A stretch of 64,000 nucleotides of DNA from Octopus vulgaris (GCA_951406725.2 OX597814.1:189038001-189102000), one strand, 5' to 3'; counted from the first letter of the stretch, positions 26,565-39,168 are shown. Notes: generated by a model from the letters alone, not told the origin. Made by a program: numbers and translations.

Positions 26565-26926
26565 TAGTTTCAAATTTTGGCGAAAGGCCATCGATTTCGG
26601 GAAGGGGTTGAGGCGATTAAATTGACCCAAGTGCTCAACTGGTACTTATTTTATCGACACAGAAAGGATGAAAGGCAAAATCGTTCGCAGTGGAAAGAAG
26701 TCATTTAATAATCATTTCTAATATAGGCACAAGGCCTGGAGTTTGTGGGGAGGGTGATAATCGATCACATAGACCCCAGTCCTTGACTGATACTGAACTT
26801 ATCAACACCGGAATGATGAAAGGCAAAGTTGATTTCGGCAGAATTTGAACTCAGAACGTAAAAAAAAAGACGAAGTGCCGCTAAGCATTCTGCCCAGCGT
26901 GCTAACGATTCTGCTAGCTCGCCGTC
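26565..26926 (-). mobile_element. Two adjacent diverged SINE family A copies (alternative tail)
   Basis: Two GGATGAAAGGCAAA-type central domains with AGGCACAAGGCCTG-type tails. Confidence 0.65.
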
Positions 26927-28085
26927 TGAAATACCTTTAATAATAACTACAAATACATTTAACAAAAATATGTCGGGACAATATACAGCGGGATAAGTTA
27001 AACACGCAAACCACACATACACACGCGCGCGCGCGCGCGCGTCCACACATACATGTATTCTTTTGCTGATTTCAGTCATTAAACTGCAGTCATGATGAGG
27101 CACCACCTAGAAGAATTTTAGTCGAACGAATCGATCCCTGTCCTTGTTTTCATTTTAAAACCTGGCGCTTATTCTGTCAGTTACTTTTTGTATTTAACGT
27201 CAAGGTGAGGACACTATCAAAAGGAAACGAAAATAAATCTCCCAGCAAGTAATTTCAAATACTAGAAATAACAGCTAAATTTTAAATTATATTTTTACGG
27301 TCTCAAGACTGACAGACAAAATTCGATAATGCAGTCCTCGATACACTGTCTTAAAAATAGAAGGCCTTTGAACATAGATCTTCTCGATCTTGGTTGAATC
27401 GAGGCCAAAGAACAACAACAACAACTGAGTCACGAATTGTGTTAGTACTGAGTTTATCCGTTGCGCCACTGTATTTGCATGAAACCAAAATAGAACAATG
27501 AATTAAGCGTTTTATTTGTAAACCAAGTGATAAATAAAAAGCGTTCGATTTTAATGAACTACTCACATCAGTACGGCTTTAGTCCAATTATAACACAAAC
27601 GTCTCTATAGATGATAGATAATTTATTGCAAATTAAACGAACAAATTTAGCAAAATACCTCATAATTGGGGAAATAAGACTGAGAAAATGTAAGTACATG
27701 AAAAAGTAAAAGAGGAAATGATATGATGAATACCGATCTTGTAATGTCAAATAATTAGTGAAGATAATTGAAGGTCATTGAACGTTGACAAATTGTTCTA
27801 TTTCGTTGGATTAGCAATTTTGTGAGATAAATTGTAAAAGACGAATACAAAGGAAGAAATTGTTGAAATAGAAGTTAGATGATTCACCTGTGAAAAAGAT
27901 GTCAGATGTTGAACTCTGCAATGTGTGTATGTATGTATACCTATGTATGTATATGTAGGTAATTATATGTGCATATATATATATACAGTGTATGTTCGTA
28001 TAAATATATATGTGTGCATATATATATGTATATATATATGAAATATAAATGTATATAAATCTATGTGCGTTTACATATGTATATA

Positions 28086-28119
<34 letters not shown>

Positions 28120-28234
28120 AGTATATATATGTATATATATCTATATTTATATATATATATACATATATATATATACATATACATATACATATATATATAC
28201 ATATACATATACATATATATATACATATACATAT

Positions 28235-28280
<46 letters not shown>

Positions 28281-28282
<2 letters not shown>

Positions 28283-28482
28283 CGGAGATGTACTCGCATA
28301 GCAAGTAATTTGATCTGAGATCGTGTGCTGAAACGAAAACAATTGCAGCATGGAAGGTGTTTATAAGCCATTTAAGAAACACACAAAGGCCGTTCGATTC
28401 ACTTCAACATTTAAGTTTAATTTGTCAAAATATTTTCGTCGCTAAAATCCGCGACCTGTTCACTGACAAAGTCCGTGCTGCA

Positions 28483-28484
<2 letters not shown>
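28281..28484 (-). mobile_element. (TA)n-embedded ~200-bp element (family G) with hammerhead-like motif carrying GUGAACA core at 28421-28470
   Basis: UUUGUCA GUGAACA G GUCGC-loop-GCGAC GAAA AUAU UU UGACAAA. Homologous to 45942-46261. Confidence 0.7.
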
Positions 28485-28516
<32 letters not shown>

Positions 28517-28518
<2 letters not shown>

Positions 28519-28697
28519 ACGCTATATACACAAGTTTTTTTTTATTATTTTCTCTCTGTTTAATTCCTCCTGTTCCTTTTTGTTGAAGAGCGTAGGCTCG
28601 AAATATAAAAGACTTTTTCACATCCCGACCGTTAAACTAATACATCATTTTGTTGTTTATACACCAGACTTCGTCTTCTTTTTGTAAATTCTCACTA
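28517..28697 (+). mobile_element. Family F element, degenerate
   Basis: ttgttgaagagcgtaggctcgaaatataaaagac plus the shared 3' region; (TA)n flanks. Confidence 0.6.
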
Positions 28698-28801
28698 TAT
28701 ATATACATAAATGCCATAATTCCGTTGCTTTCTCTAGATACGCTGTCTGAAGAACTAATACACACACACTCATACATGCACACACTCGCACATACAAACA
28801 C

Positions 28802-28990
<189 letters not shown>

Positions 28991-29858
28991 GAGAGAGAGA
29001 GATAGAGAGAGACCTTGGCCAGCATTGCTGCAGCAGTGATTCACAAGGGCGACTGATGCGTTTCCTCCTATTTCGGGGTAATCAATACCCTGTACTCGTT
29101 TGTCACTTGATAAGGTGTAATTCGTGCTTCGATATGTAGGTAACAATAAATAATTCCTTCAGTAGTATTGCGCACGCTGCGTTTTTTGCAACCCAATAAC
29201 CTTTTGCAATATCAGTGAATGCATTATTCGATGTTTCCTAGCACAAATTTCATCTTAACAAGTGACAAACGGGTGCATAGCATTTAGAAGTACCGTGTAC
29301 ACGTCAGTCTAGTGAGTCACTGTCACGAGGATGCCGGTGTCGCACCGATAGATATAATCAATATTTAACGCATGTCTATGCAATCTGTCTCACAGACAGT
29401 CCCAAAGCAGCATGCTTTTACACGCTTTTTAAACATTTAGCATGATACACAGATAACGGTTTTAATTTCATGTGTTTCGATTGCGTTCATCGAATGTTTG
29501 TATGAGTGCTCACGCAAAGGCGCATGCACTCACAAACGCGAATATATGTATGCATGTATTGATAATGATGATGATGACGATGGTTGTTGTTGTTGTGGTG
29601 GTGGTGGTGATGATGATAATGATGACTAATGGCGTCGCAGATGCTTGGTCAGCGCAATTATTTTTTATATATATTGAGAAAGGCCTACGCTCAAATCAAA
29701 CTCACTCTCACTCCCTTTCACAGTATGACAAGTGGAAAGATAAAGCAAAGAACACTTGGAGAATATATATTACCAAAAGGTATCTAATTTAAGGTGATCT
29801 GTAGGCCTAGATTACAAATGTGAATAAAAAAAAGCAGATGAAATCTAATGACTAGTAA

Positions 29859-30097
29859 GGCGCAGGAGTGGCTGTGTGGTAAGTAGCTTGTCTACCAACC
29901 ACATGGTTCCGGGTTCAGTCCCACTGCGTGGCACCTTGGGCAAGTGTCTTCTACTATAGCCTCTGGCCGACCAAAGCCTTGTGAGTGGATTTGGTTGACG
30001 GAAACTGAAATCGAGTTGCTCGATTAAAGGCGGTGCTCCGGCGTGACCGCAGTCAAATGACTGAAACAAGTAAAAGAGTAAAAGAGTAAAAGAGTAA
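29859..30097 (+). mobile_element. SINE family B, internally deleted
   Basis: Head joined directly to tail; microsatellite and middle region missing. Confidence 0.8.
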
Positions 30098-30221
30098 GAA
30101 ATATCAATTTAAGTAGTAGAGAAAAATAATATATATTCGGCAGAAAATTACAACGGTAATACCTGTCTGTCTATCTATTCTGTCTATCTATTCCTCTCTC
30201 TCTCTCTTCATATATGTCAAT

Positions 30222-30267
<46 letters not shown>

Positions 30268-30268
<1 letters not shown>

Positions 30269-30540
30269 AGGCGCGTGGTTCAGTGGTTAAGGTGTTGCAC
30301 TCACGATTGCGACGTGGGTTTGATTACCAGACCGGGTGTTGTATTGTATTCTTGAGTAAAGCATTTCATTTCACCTTGCTCTGCGATCATTTTAACATCT
30401 GACATATGTCATTCGTTGCACCTGTACAGATAACCTCAATTGATGGAGGAAGTGCGCTAATTATACACAAACATTTGATCACTATAAACAAATCATCTGT
30501 GTGTTTGTTCGGTAAGAAATTTTCGAACACTCATACGTCG
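30268..30540 (+). mobile_element. Family C-headed SINE with a different 3' region
   Basis: C-type head; 3' region homologous to the minus-strand copy at ~5960-6230. Confidence 0.6.
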
Positions 30541-30702
30541 TCTAACATATATATATATCTATATAGGCGTAGTAGTGGCTGTGTGGTAAGTAACTTGTTT
30601 ATGAACCGCATGGTTCCGGGTTCAGTTATACTGCGGGTCACATTGGGCCGAACAAAGCCTTGTCAGTGGATTTGGTAGACGGAAACTGAAAGAAGCCCGT
30701 CG

Positions 30703-30774
<72 letters not shown>

Positions 30775-31458
30775 TATATATATATATATATATATATATT
30801 ATTCAAATTATTACATTATATAAAAGGGCTTAGTAAAATAAATTACTTCGCCGCATACTGAACTCATTAGAAATAGCAGCTAAAAAACTTTTTTTAAAAC
30901 TATTTCTAATACTTAAAGAAAATCTCTCTCATGAGAGAAATGTTGTTTTGACTAATCTTGAAACGTACGTACTCAAATAACCTTAGCATTTGATTTTTAA
31001 TGTCCTTACCCCCAAACTTTTGTGAGTTAAATTAAGCAAACGCTATATATGAGAGAGATTTTCTTTAAGTATTAGAAATAGTTTTAAAAAAAGTTTTTTA
31101 GCTGCTATTTCTAATGAGTTCAGTATGCGGCGAAGTAATTTATTTTACTAAGCCCTTTTATATAATGTAATAATTTGAATTCGCCTTAAATGGTCCCTTT
31201 GCATACTGAACACTTGGTGAAATTGATTAATAATTAATTAATTTTACCCTCAATTGTTGAAATTATAATTAATCTCCCTCTAATTATTGCTTCGGATTTT
31301 ACCGAAATAAGCATAGCGTTTGATGATTTTAACCCACGCTGGTGGAAAGGGGAGAACAGAAATGATTCACTTGCTTATTTGGGTTTGCTGGCACTGTTAG
31401 TTAAGAGCGGATCTTCGAAAGGGTATGTTCTTACTTTCAGTGTTTCCAAATCCAAACC

Positions 31459-31529
31459 AAGGAATTTATGAGCTGAAGAGAGAAATGTTGTTTTGACTAA
31501 TCTTGAAACGTACGTACTCAAATAACCTT
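31459..31529 (+). ncRNA. Type I hammerhead ribozyme motif (array copy 1)
   Basis: Stem I AAGG..UGAG/CUCA..CCUU with internal loop; core CUGAAGA; stem II GAGA/UCUU; GAAA; stem III palindrome ACGUACGU; GUA cleavage triplet with predicted cut after 31516. Confidence 0.85.
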
Positions 31530-32002
31530 AGCATTTGATTTTTAATGTCCTTACCCCCAAACTTTTGTGAGTTAAATTAAGCAAACGCTATATATGAGAG
31601 AGATTTTCTTTAATTATTAGAAATAGTTTTAAAAAAGTTTTTTAGCTGCTATTTCTAATGAGTTCAGTATGCGGCGAAGTAATTTATTTTACTAAGCCCT
31701 TTTATATAATGTAATAATTTGAATTCGCCTTAAATGGTCCCTTTGCATACTGAACACTTGGTGAAATTGATTAATAATTAATTAATTTTACCCTCAATTG
31801 TTGAAATTATAATTAATCTCCCTCTAATTATTGCTTCGGATTTTACCGAAATAAGCATAGCGTTTGATGATTTTAACCCACGCTGGTGGAAAGGGGAGAA
31901 CAGAAATGATTCACTTGCTTATTTGGGTTTGCTGGCACTGTTAGTTAAGAGCGGATCTTCGAAAGGGTATGTTCTTACTTTCAGTGTTTCCAAATCCAAA
32001 CC

Positions 32003-32073
32003 AAGGAATTTATGAGCTGAAGAGAGAAATGTTGTTTTGACTAATCTTGAAACGTACGTACTCAAATAACCTT
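32003..32073 (+). ncRNA. Type I hammerhead ribozyme motif (array copy 2)
   Basis: Same sequence as 31459-31529; predicted cut after 32060. Confidence 0.85.
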
Positions 32074-32546
32074 AGCATTTGATTTTTAATGTCCTTACCC
32101 CCAAACTTTTGTGAGTTAAATTAAGCAAACGCTATATATGAGAGAGATTTTCTTTAAGTATTAGAAATAGTTTTAAAAAAGTTTTTTAGCTGCTATTTCT
32201 AATGAGTTCAGTATGCGGCGAAGTAATTTATTTTACTAAGCCCTTTTATATAATGTAATAATTTGAATTCGCCTTAAATGGTCCCTTTGCATACTGAACA
32301 CTTGGTGAAATTGATTAATAATTAATTAATTTTACCCTCAATTGTTGAAATTATAATTAATCTCCCTCTAATTATTGCTTCGGATTTTACCGAAATAAGC
32401 ATAGCGTTTGATGATTTTAACCCACGCTGGTGGAAAGGGGAGAACAGAAATGATTCACTTGCTTATTTGGGTTTGCTGGCACTGTTAGTTAAGAGCGGAT
32501 CTTCGAAAGGGTATGTTCTTACTTTCAGTGTTTCCAAATCCAAACC

Positions 32547-32617
32547 AAGGAATTTATGAGCTGAAGAGAGAAATGTTGTTTTGACTAATCTTGAAACGTA
32601 CGTACTCAAATAACCTT
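32547..32617 (+). ncRNA. Type I hammerhead ribozyme motif (array copy 3)
   Basis: Same sequence as 31459-31529; predicted cut after 32604. Confidence 0.85.
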
Positions 32618-32884
32618 AGCATTTGATTTTTAATGTCCTTACCCCCAAACTTTTGTGAGTTAAATTAAGCAAACGCTATATATGAGAGAGATTTTCTTTA
32701 AGTATTAGAAATAGTTTTAAAAAAAGTTTTTTAGCTGCTATTTCTAATGAGTTCAGTATGCGGCGAAGTAATTTATTTTACTAAGCCCTTTTATATAATG
32801 TAATAATTTGAATTCGCCTTAAATGGTCCCTTTGCATACTGAACACTTGGTGAAATTGATTAATAATTAATTAATTTTACCCTC

Positions 32885-32959
<75 letters not shown>

Positions 32960-34687
32960 CATGTGTGTGTGTTTGTGTGTCTGTGTTTGTACTCCCTTGA
33001 CAACCAATTCTGGTGTGTTTGCGTTCCCGTAACTTAGCCGTTCAGCAAAAGAGACCGATAGACTAAGTATTAGGCTTGCAAAGAATAAGTTCTGGGGTCG
33101 ATTTGCTCGCTTAAGGCCGGAGCTCCAGCATGGCCACAGTCAAATGGCTGAAACAAGTAAAAGAGTAAAAGAGAGTAAATGGTATATATATATATATATA
33201 AACACACACAAACACAAATATATTCTGCAATATAGGTGTTCTTGCCTCCGTTTTATCACCTTCAGTAATTTAACGAAAGATGTGAAGTACATTGTGTCGC
33301 CTCCTCTTTGATTGGTATAAACCTTATACACTTACACACTCCTGAAGAAAGAAGAACACCAAAATCGAACCTAGCAGGATTTGAAATCGGAACTTAAAAT
33401 ACCTTATCTTAACACCACAGGCTATTCGGCTTGTGGTTCTTCTGATTCTATCAGCAATTTATCTTTTAGGATTATTAATTGTAAAGATAGTGACGCCATT
33501 AATTGCTGTATTGTTTATGATTTTCAGGATTGTGATAATAATATCTGTGGCAGTTATTATTCTTTTCGTGTTGTTTATCTTTGTGTTGGAAAGTGTAAAT
33601 ATTGGTAATGGGAAGTAGATGACTCATTGAAAGGATAACAGGATGGATTAACCAAAGTACTGATATCAATGGAGAGATATGTTAGAGATAACAAAAATCC
33701 CTAAACTTTTATTGATATTACTCTTAACTGCGTAATAAAAATTTGAAGCATTAGAGAATAGATATTGAGCGAACAGTTTGATAAAACTAAACTAATATGA
33801 ATTACTTGTTAGATTAGCTTCTACCACAATGATATAAATGCAGCTGTTCTTAATGATGATTAATAATCGACCTAATATCGAAATTAGTTAACAATTAGTA
33901 AACCTATCAACGCAAAGATAAATCGTAATATAATGATAAAGAACGAAAACTTCTATAGACTTTTTAATAATGTTCTAACATTCATTGTTCAGATTGGAAC
34001 AAGGGCACTGATTTTCAGGCAAGAGCGGCTGTACTATATATCATGTTGTGAGTCCCGTTTTCTTTGTTTTCTCTTTACTTCTCGCCTCTAACTTTCTGAA
34101 GAAGATCAACAAGCTTGAGATGACACACCTCCATCATACACTGGGCACTCAACTGTTACTTGTAGATTGCCTTCACTTTGTCATTCGTTTTTACACTTGC
34201 CTGTGTAAGTATTTATTCACATACATACACACGCACTCACACGTATATATATTTGTATATGTATGTGCATATATATAAATATATATAAATATATATATAT
34301 TACATGTAGGAATATGCATTTATATATGTTCCTATATATGCATATACAAACATATACAATATATATGTACGTATATATATATAAGTATACATATACATAT
34401 ATGTATGTGTGCGTTTGTAAGTGTATTCATTTGTTACTGTCATCATTGGGGTCACATCTCGGAGGTATTGGGACACCGTCTTGGCACTAAATATTTTCTA
34501 CCCAGATTATATATGCAAACGTATATGTGTGTGTAAGCATGTATGTATGTATTCGTGTTTCTATGTGTGTAGTATCTTTGTATGCATGTGTATGTATATC
34601 GGTTTCCATTCGTTTGACTCAACCCTAGCACATTAAATATTTCCCACTTATACAATCCCTAACCAAAAAAAGGTATATCAATAAACA

Positions 34688-34850
34688 GGTGCGAGCTTGC
34701 CGGTGAGGTGATAAGCTTGCTTCCCAACCAAATAATGGCGAGTTCAGTCCCACTGCGTGAGACCTTCAGCAAGTGTCTTCTACTATAGCCTCGGGCTGAC
34801 CAAGGCCTTATCAGTGGATTTGTTAGACGGAAACTAAAAGAAGCCGTCGT
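34688..34850 (+). mobile_element. SINE family B, 5' part only
   Basis: Diverged head through GAAGCCGTCGTATATA. Confidence 0.65.
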
Positions 34851-35011
34851 ATATATATATATATGCCCACGATGGTATATTCGGGAAATCTAGTCGCTAC
34901 ATTGTCAGATAGTTGGAAATGTCTGATCACAACAGTTCTATATTTAAAAGATGACAAATTATGTACATTATTTACATTTGACGGATATTTGTCCTCATCT
35001 TGTTTGTTGTT

Positions 35012-35057
35012 AACACAACGTTTCGGCTGATATACCCTCCGGCCTTCATCAGGTGTC
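35012..35057 (-). ncRNA. Minimal type I hammerhead motif (intact core)
   Basis: GACAC CUGAUGA A GGCCG-loop-CAGCC GAAA CG UU GUGUU. Stem III is reduced to the palindrome ACGU, as in Penelope minimal HHRs. Confidence 0.75.
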
Positions 35058-35104
35058 TTGGGGAAATTTCCAGCCTTAGTTCTCATTCCTAAGATATTTT
35101 TCGA

Positions 35105-35135
<31 letters not shown>

Positions 35136-35288
35136 TTTTTTTTCTTCTTTCAAATTTACTTCCATTTCTTGCCGAGTGTCTTCCCGGCTCCTAGGGCAAA
35201 GAAACTCATAGTATACATTGGTAGGCCATTAAACCAAACTCAGTAGTTCGTTCATTTTTTTTTTTTTTTTAAGTTAAATTAAAATACA

Positions 35289-35331
<43 letters not shown>

Positions 35332-35506
35332 GTTGTTGTTGTTGTCAAGGGCAGTGCTTGGAATCGAACTCGGAATCTTGGGGTTAGTAGCCCGCGCTCT
35401 TAACCACTACGGCATCGGGCATATGGCGTAAGGGTTAAGATCGCGAGCTACAACCCCCAAGATTCCGAGATAGATTCCAAGCACTGCCCTTAACAACAAC
35501 AACAAC

Positions 35507-35561
<55 letters not shown>

Positions 35562-35610
35562 GCATCGAAAAATACCTTATTAATGAGAACCCAGGTTCGA
35601 AATTTCCCCA

Positions 35611-35656
35611 AACACCTGATGAAGGCTGGAGGGTAGATCAGCCAAAATGTTGTGTT
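35611..35656 (+). ncRNA. Degenerate minimal hammerhead motif
   Basis: AACAC CUGAUGA A GGCUG-loop-CAGCC AAAA UG UU GUGUU. CGAAACG has become CAAAATG through two CpG transitions, losing G12. Confidence 0.65.
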
Positions 35657-36436
35657 GATAACAAGCAAGGTGTGGACAAATATCCGTCAGATGTAAATAA
35701 TGTACATAATGCCTAATCTTTTAAATATAGAAATGAAATAAATAAATACCTCGCGTATTTTGTCCGATGCTCAAACGATGATATTTATTCAAAGGCCCCT
35801 CAGATTGTATAAATGAAGCAGTAATATTTCATTGAATTGTATGAATCGACTGATATGTATTACGATCAACGGAACAGCCTGCTCGTAAAATTAACGTGCA
35901 CGTGGCTGAGTACTCCGAAGATCCATGCACCTCTAACGCCATTGTCGAAGACGTTCATCGTTATAGAGAATGAAACAAGGCTAGCCATTTGAAGTACAGG
36001 TGCAATTTAGTGTTGCCGGCTGAGTGAACTGGAGCAAGGTGAAATAAAGTGTCAAGGACGTACTGGCGGAAATCGAACACAGGACCTTATGACCGTGAAC
36101 TGAATATCGTACCCACTAAGCTATGCGCCTTCTTTTTCCCTCCTCCCTTTTCTCTCCCCATCTCTCTATCTATATATATACATACATATACACACATGTA
36201 CATATGTACAAACACGTCGTTTTGTTATCTTATATTCATGTTTAAGCAAATTAATAGTATTAGTTTTTAGGTTAAAAATTATACGAATATGCTTAAGATT
36301 ATGTCATTTTAAACATTAATGGATTAATTTACTTTATTTAAGAATATTCCTCCGTATAGAAGATAACCAGTTTGCTTAATGGATAAATCCTTGCAAACAT
36401 CTAAGTTGAGATTTTATATCCATGATCTACGTATGC

Positions 36437-36528
<92 letters not shown>

Positions 36529-37655
36529 CCTATCAAATTGCATTATTGCGTTAACCGATTTGGTTTTAAGTTGGTTACACGATCTTTGTTGCAAAATCCA
36601 TATGAAATAAGGTTTTGCAAAGATACTGTTGTATAGAAATCCACAAATTCCAATGGAAATGATGATTCAATTGAAATGAGAACAACTGATATTTATTTCA
36701 TTACATTTAAGGAAAGCCGTTCAGCATTCACATCAAGCATAATTAACTGAAACAACTGCGGAATAAGGCATTCGCAGACCAAGCAAATAATCTGGAATTA
36801 AAATAATTAATTGCTTTGTAAAACAGGGAAAATAATCTAGCAGTGAATATCTACTCCATGTTGAAATATATGCTGCTACCTGCAGCTTCGTTTGAATATG
36901 CTGTTATATTAAATATTTGTTGCTAAGTATTGAAAGGATATTTAATATATTAGCAAATAAGGCATAAAACCAAATATTATTATTCATTACATACAGATCA
37001 AAAATTAAAAATATATTTTAAAAACCCTCGGAAAACTATGATATTGAAATATATAAAACGAAATATAAATATCTCCATCGCCACTCAGAATAAACTCCAT
37101 TGTTTTGTTAACATGAAACATGCCCCTTTAAGTCAAGCTACGAATTCACAGAGATATTGTCTTAAAGAAATAGCGTTGGTTTACTTTTCTTTCGAATATA
37201 ATGAAATGTGATCTGATTTAACATGTTGCACAGAAATCCTGCTATGTTAACTGTTATTTGGGAATAATTACTTGATGGCATGACTACTGTCAATTTGTTT
37301 TCATAATGTTACTACACTCTGCTTTCGCCGCACTACAAATGTTTTGCTTTGTGATTTCAGTTATACCATAGGGGAATTTAGCTTCAAATCCTGCGTAAAA
37401 AGAACGGCAAGTAATGATACAATTCGCATTATGTTACGTGACGTAAGATTTCTAAATTAAATAAAGGTAATTATTGTGATTATGAGAGTAGTAGTGTGGA
37501 TCGCAGTCATTCAAATACGGAGATCAAAATAATTAAGGAACCCTAAGCGATTAATTGCATAACTGTTAATATGAATGGAAGTTGGTGCGTCAAAGATCCT
37601 GGTAATTGTTTTCATAAAGATTGTGTCAACAGGTCAGGATCAATAATACTTTCAT

Positions 37656-37861
37656 TACTCTCTTTTACTCTTTTACTTGTTTCAGTCATTTCACTGAGGC
37701 CATCCTGAAGCACCGCCTTTTAGTCGAGCAAATCGACCCCCAGGACTTATTCTATCGGTCTCTTTTGTCGAAACGCTATGTTACGGGGACGTCAAGCATC
37801 GGTTGTCAAGCGATGTTGGTGGGGGGACAAACACAGACACACAAACATATACGCACATATA

Positions 37862-37915
<54 letters not shown>

Positions 37916-38089
37916 CATGCATATATACGACGGGCTTCTTTCAGTTTCCGTCTACCAAATCCACTCACAATCTTTGGCCGGCCCGAGGCAATAGTAGAAG
38001 ACACTTGCCCAAGATGCCACGTAGTGGGACTGAACCCAGAGCCATGTGGTTGGTAAGCAAACTACTTACCACACAGCCACTCATGCGCC
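37656..38089 (-). mobile_element. SINE family B
   Basis: Reverse-complement match with small deletions. Confidence 0.85.
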
Positions 38090-39073
38090 TATAATGTTTA
38101 TATCGTTGTGTGTTGCAATGGATACTTATATTTCGGAAATATTATCACAATCCCTGCATATGAACTGCATGCTAGCAGAACGCCTGTGGTCAATACAACT
38201 GCCAGGCTTCCCCACCAAAGAGGACCTCAGCACCTCACCTCAAGAATATACATAGTCAACATAGCAAAGACTACATGTTTATGTGCGACATCCTTCCTCA
38301 GATCAACAACGTACGGCATTTCATAATAAATAACAAATAACGTACGGCATACTAAGCCGGTTACCGTTAGTAAAAACAAAAGTTACACCCCAGAACAATT
38401 CTACTAACATGAAAATCCATCGGAAAAATGCATGCTTGAATCACAGGAGAAAATCATGTAGACTGTCTGAAGCCATTTGTCCACACTATCGTGAAACTAA
38501 TATCATCACAGTTGAACATGAAGTTAGGGAGAAAGGAGTTTGGTGATGTACTAAGCAACTTTTGATAAACAAAGCAGTGATGTATGAAATGCGGTGGGTG
38601 TAGTGCTTGTTTAATATGGCAAGCTGCAATAAACCATTCGATTCTTATGCCTCTTCGTGGATAGTAGAGTACCTTTCACTTGCTAAAGGTTCAGAAATTA
38701 TAATCAAGTCGATTGACGAAGTGACTTCGTGATGGACTACCGCTCGGAAGACGAATACTGGAAGTGATTCTATAGATAGGATAAATTATCGCAGGCTTAT
38801 ACTCCGAAGCGACAGAGATGCTATTTATATTTTTAGTGATTACCTTACACATTTTAATGAGGAAATCTGAAAGGGATTTTAAAAAATAAATCTAAAGGTA
38901 ATGTGATTAAAGTCCGAGTTTACACGAAGTCACGGTAAATTTTATTCTAGCCTTAGTATTGAGTCCTCCTATTGGCTGACGTTCTGTTTGTGCTCCCGAA
39001 GTCACTAAACAACTATATACCTCACCGTCACACAAGCACATGTGCGCAAACGCACGTGTATATGAACATATTC

Positions 39074-39161
<88 letters not shown>

Positions 39162-39168
39162 TTATACA

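Larger units (their letters stand above)
30801..32888 (+). mobile_element. Retrozyme/Penelope-pLTR-like tandem array: 132-bp inverted leader plus ~3.6 copies of a 544-545-bp hammerhead-containing unit
   Basis: Units start at 30933, 31478, 32022 and 32566 and are near-identical. 30801-30932 is the reverse complement of 31049-31180. (TA)n flanks both sides. No ORF of 60 aa or more. Confidence 0.88.
30566..33177 (+). mobile_element. SINE family B split by the hammerhead array inserted in its internal (TA)n
   Basis: 5' half at 30566-30703 and 3' half at ~32960-33177. Confidence 0.82.
34936..35732. mobile_element. Head-to-head pair of tRNA-headed, hammerhead-tailed elements forming an imperfect ~800-bp palindrome
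   Basis: 34936-35110 is the reverse complement of ~35555-35732, and ~35290-35415 of ~35423-35555. Heads carry A/B-box-like motifs (GCCGTAGTGG, GAGTTCGATTCC). The left arm has an extra ~160 bp. Confidence 0.8.

Noticed and set aside
31111-31136. Second hammerhead-like string in the array unit (CTAATGA..GGCGAAG)
   Set aside because: G5 and A15.1 are wrong and no stem I or III is evident; the segment pairs better with GCATACTGAAC.
30933-32888. CRISPR array or simple satellite
   Set aside because: No unique spacers and a eukaryotic context; the HHR core and inverted leader point to a retro-derived array.
33341-33372. CTGAAGA..CGAAC possible hammerhead
   Set aside because: No stems and an incomplete GAAA box.
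35349-35470. Genuine tRNA genes
   Set aside because: No complete acceptor stem; they are heads of repeats.
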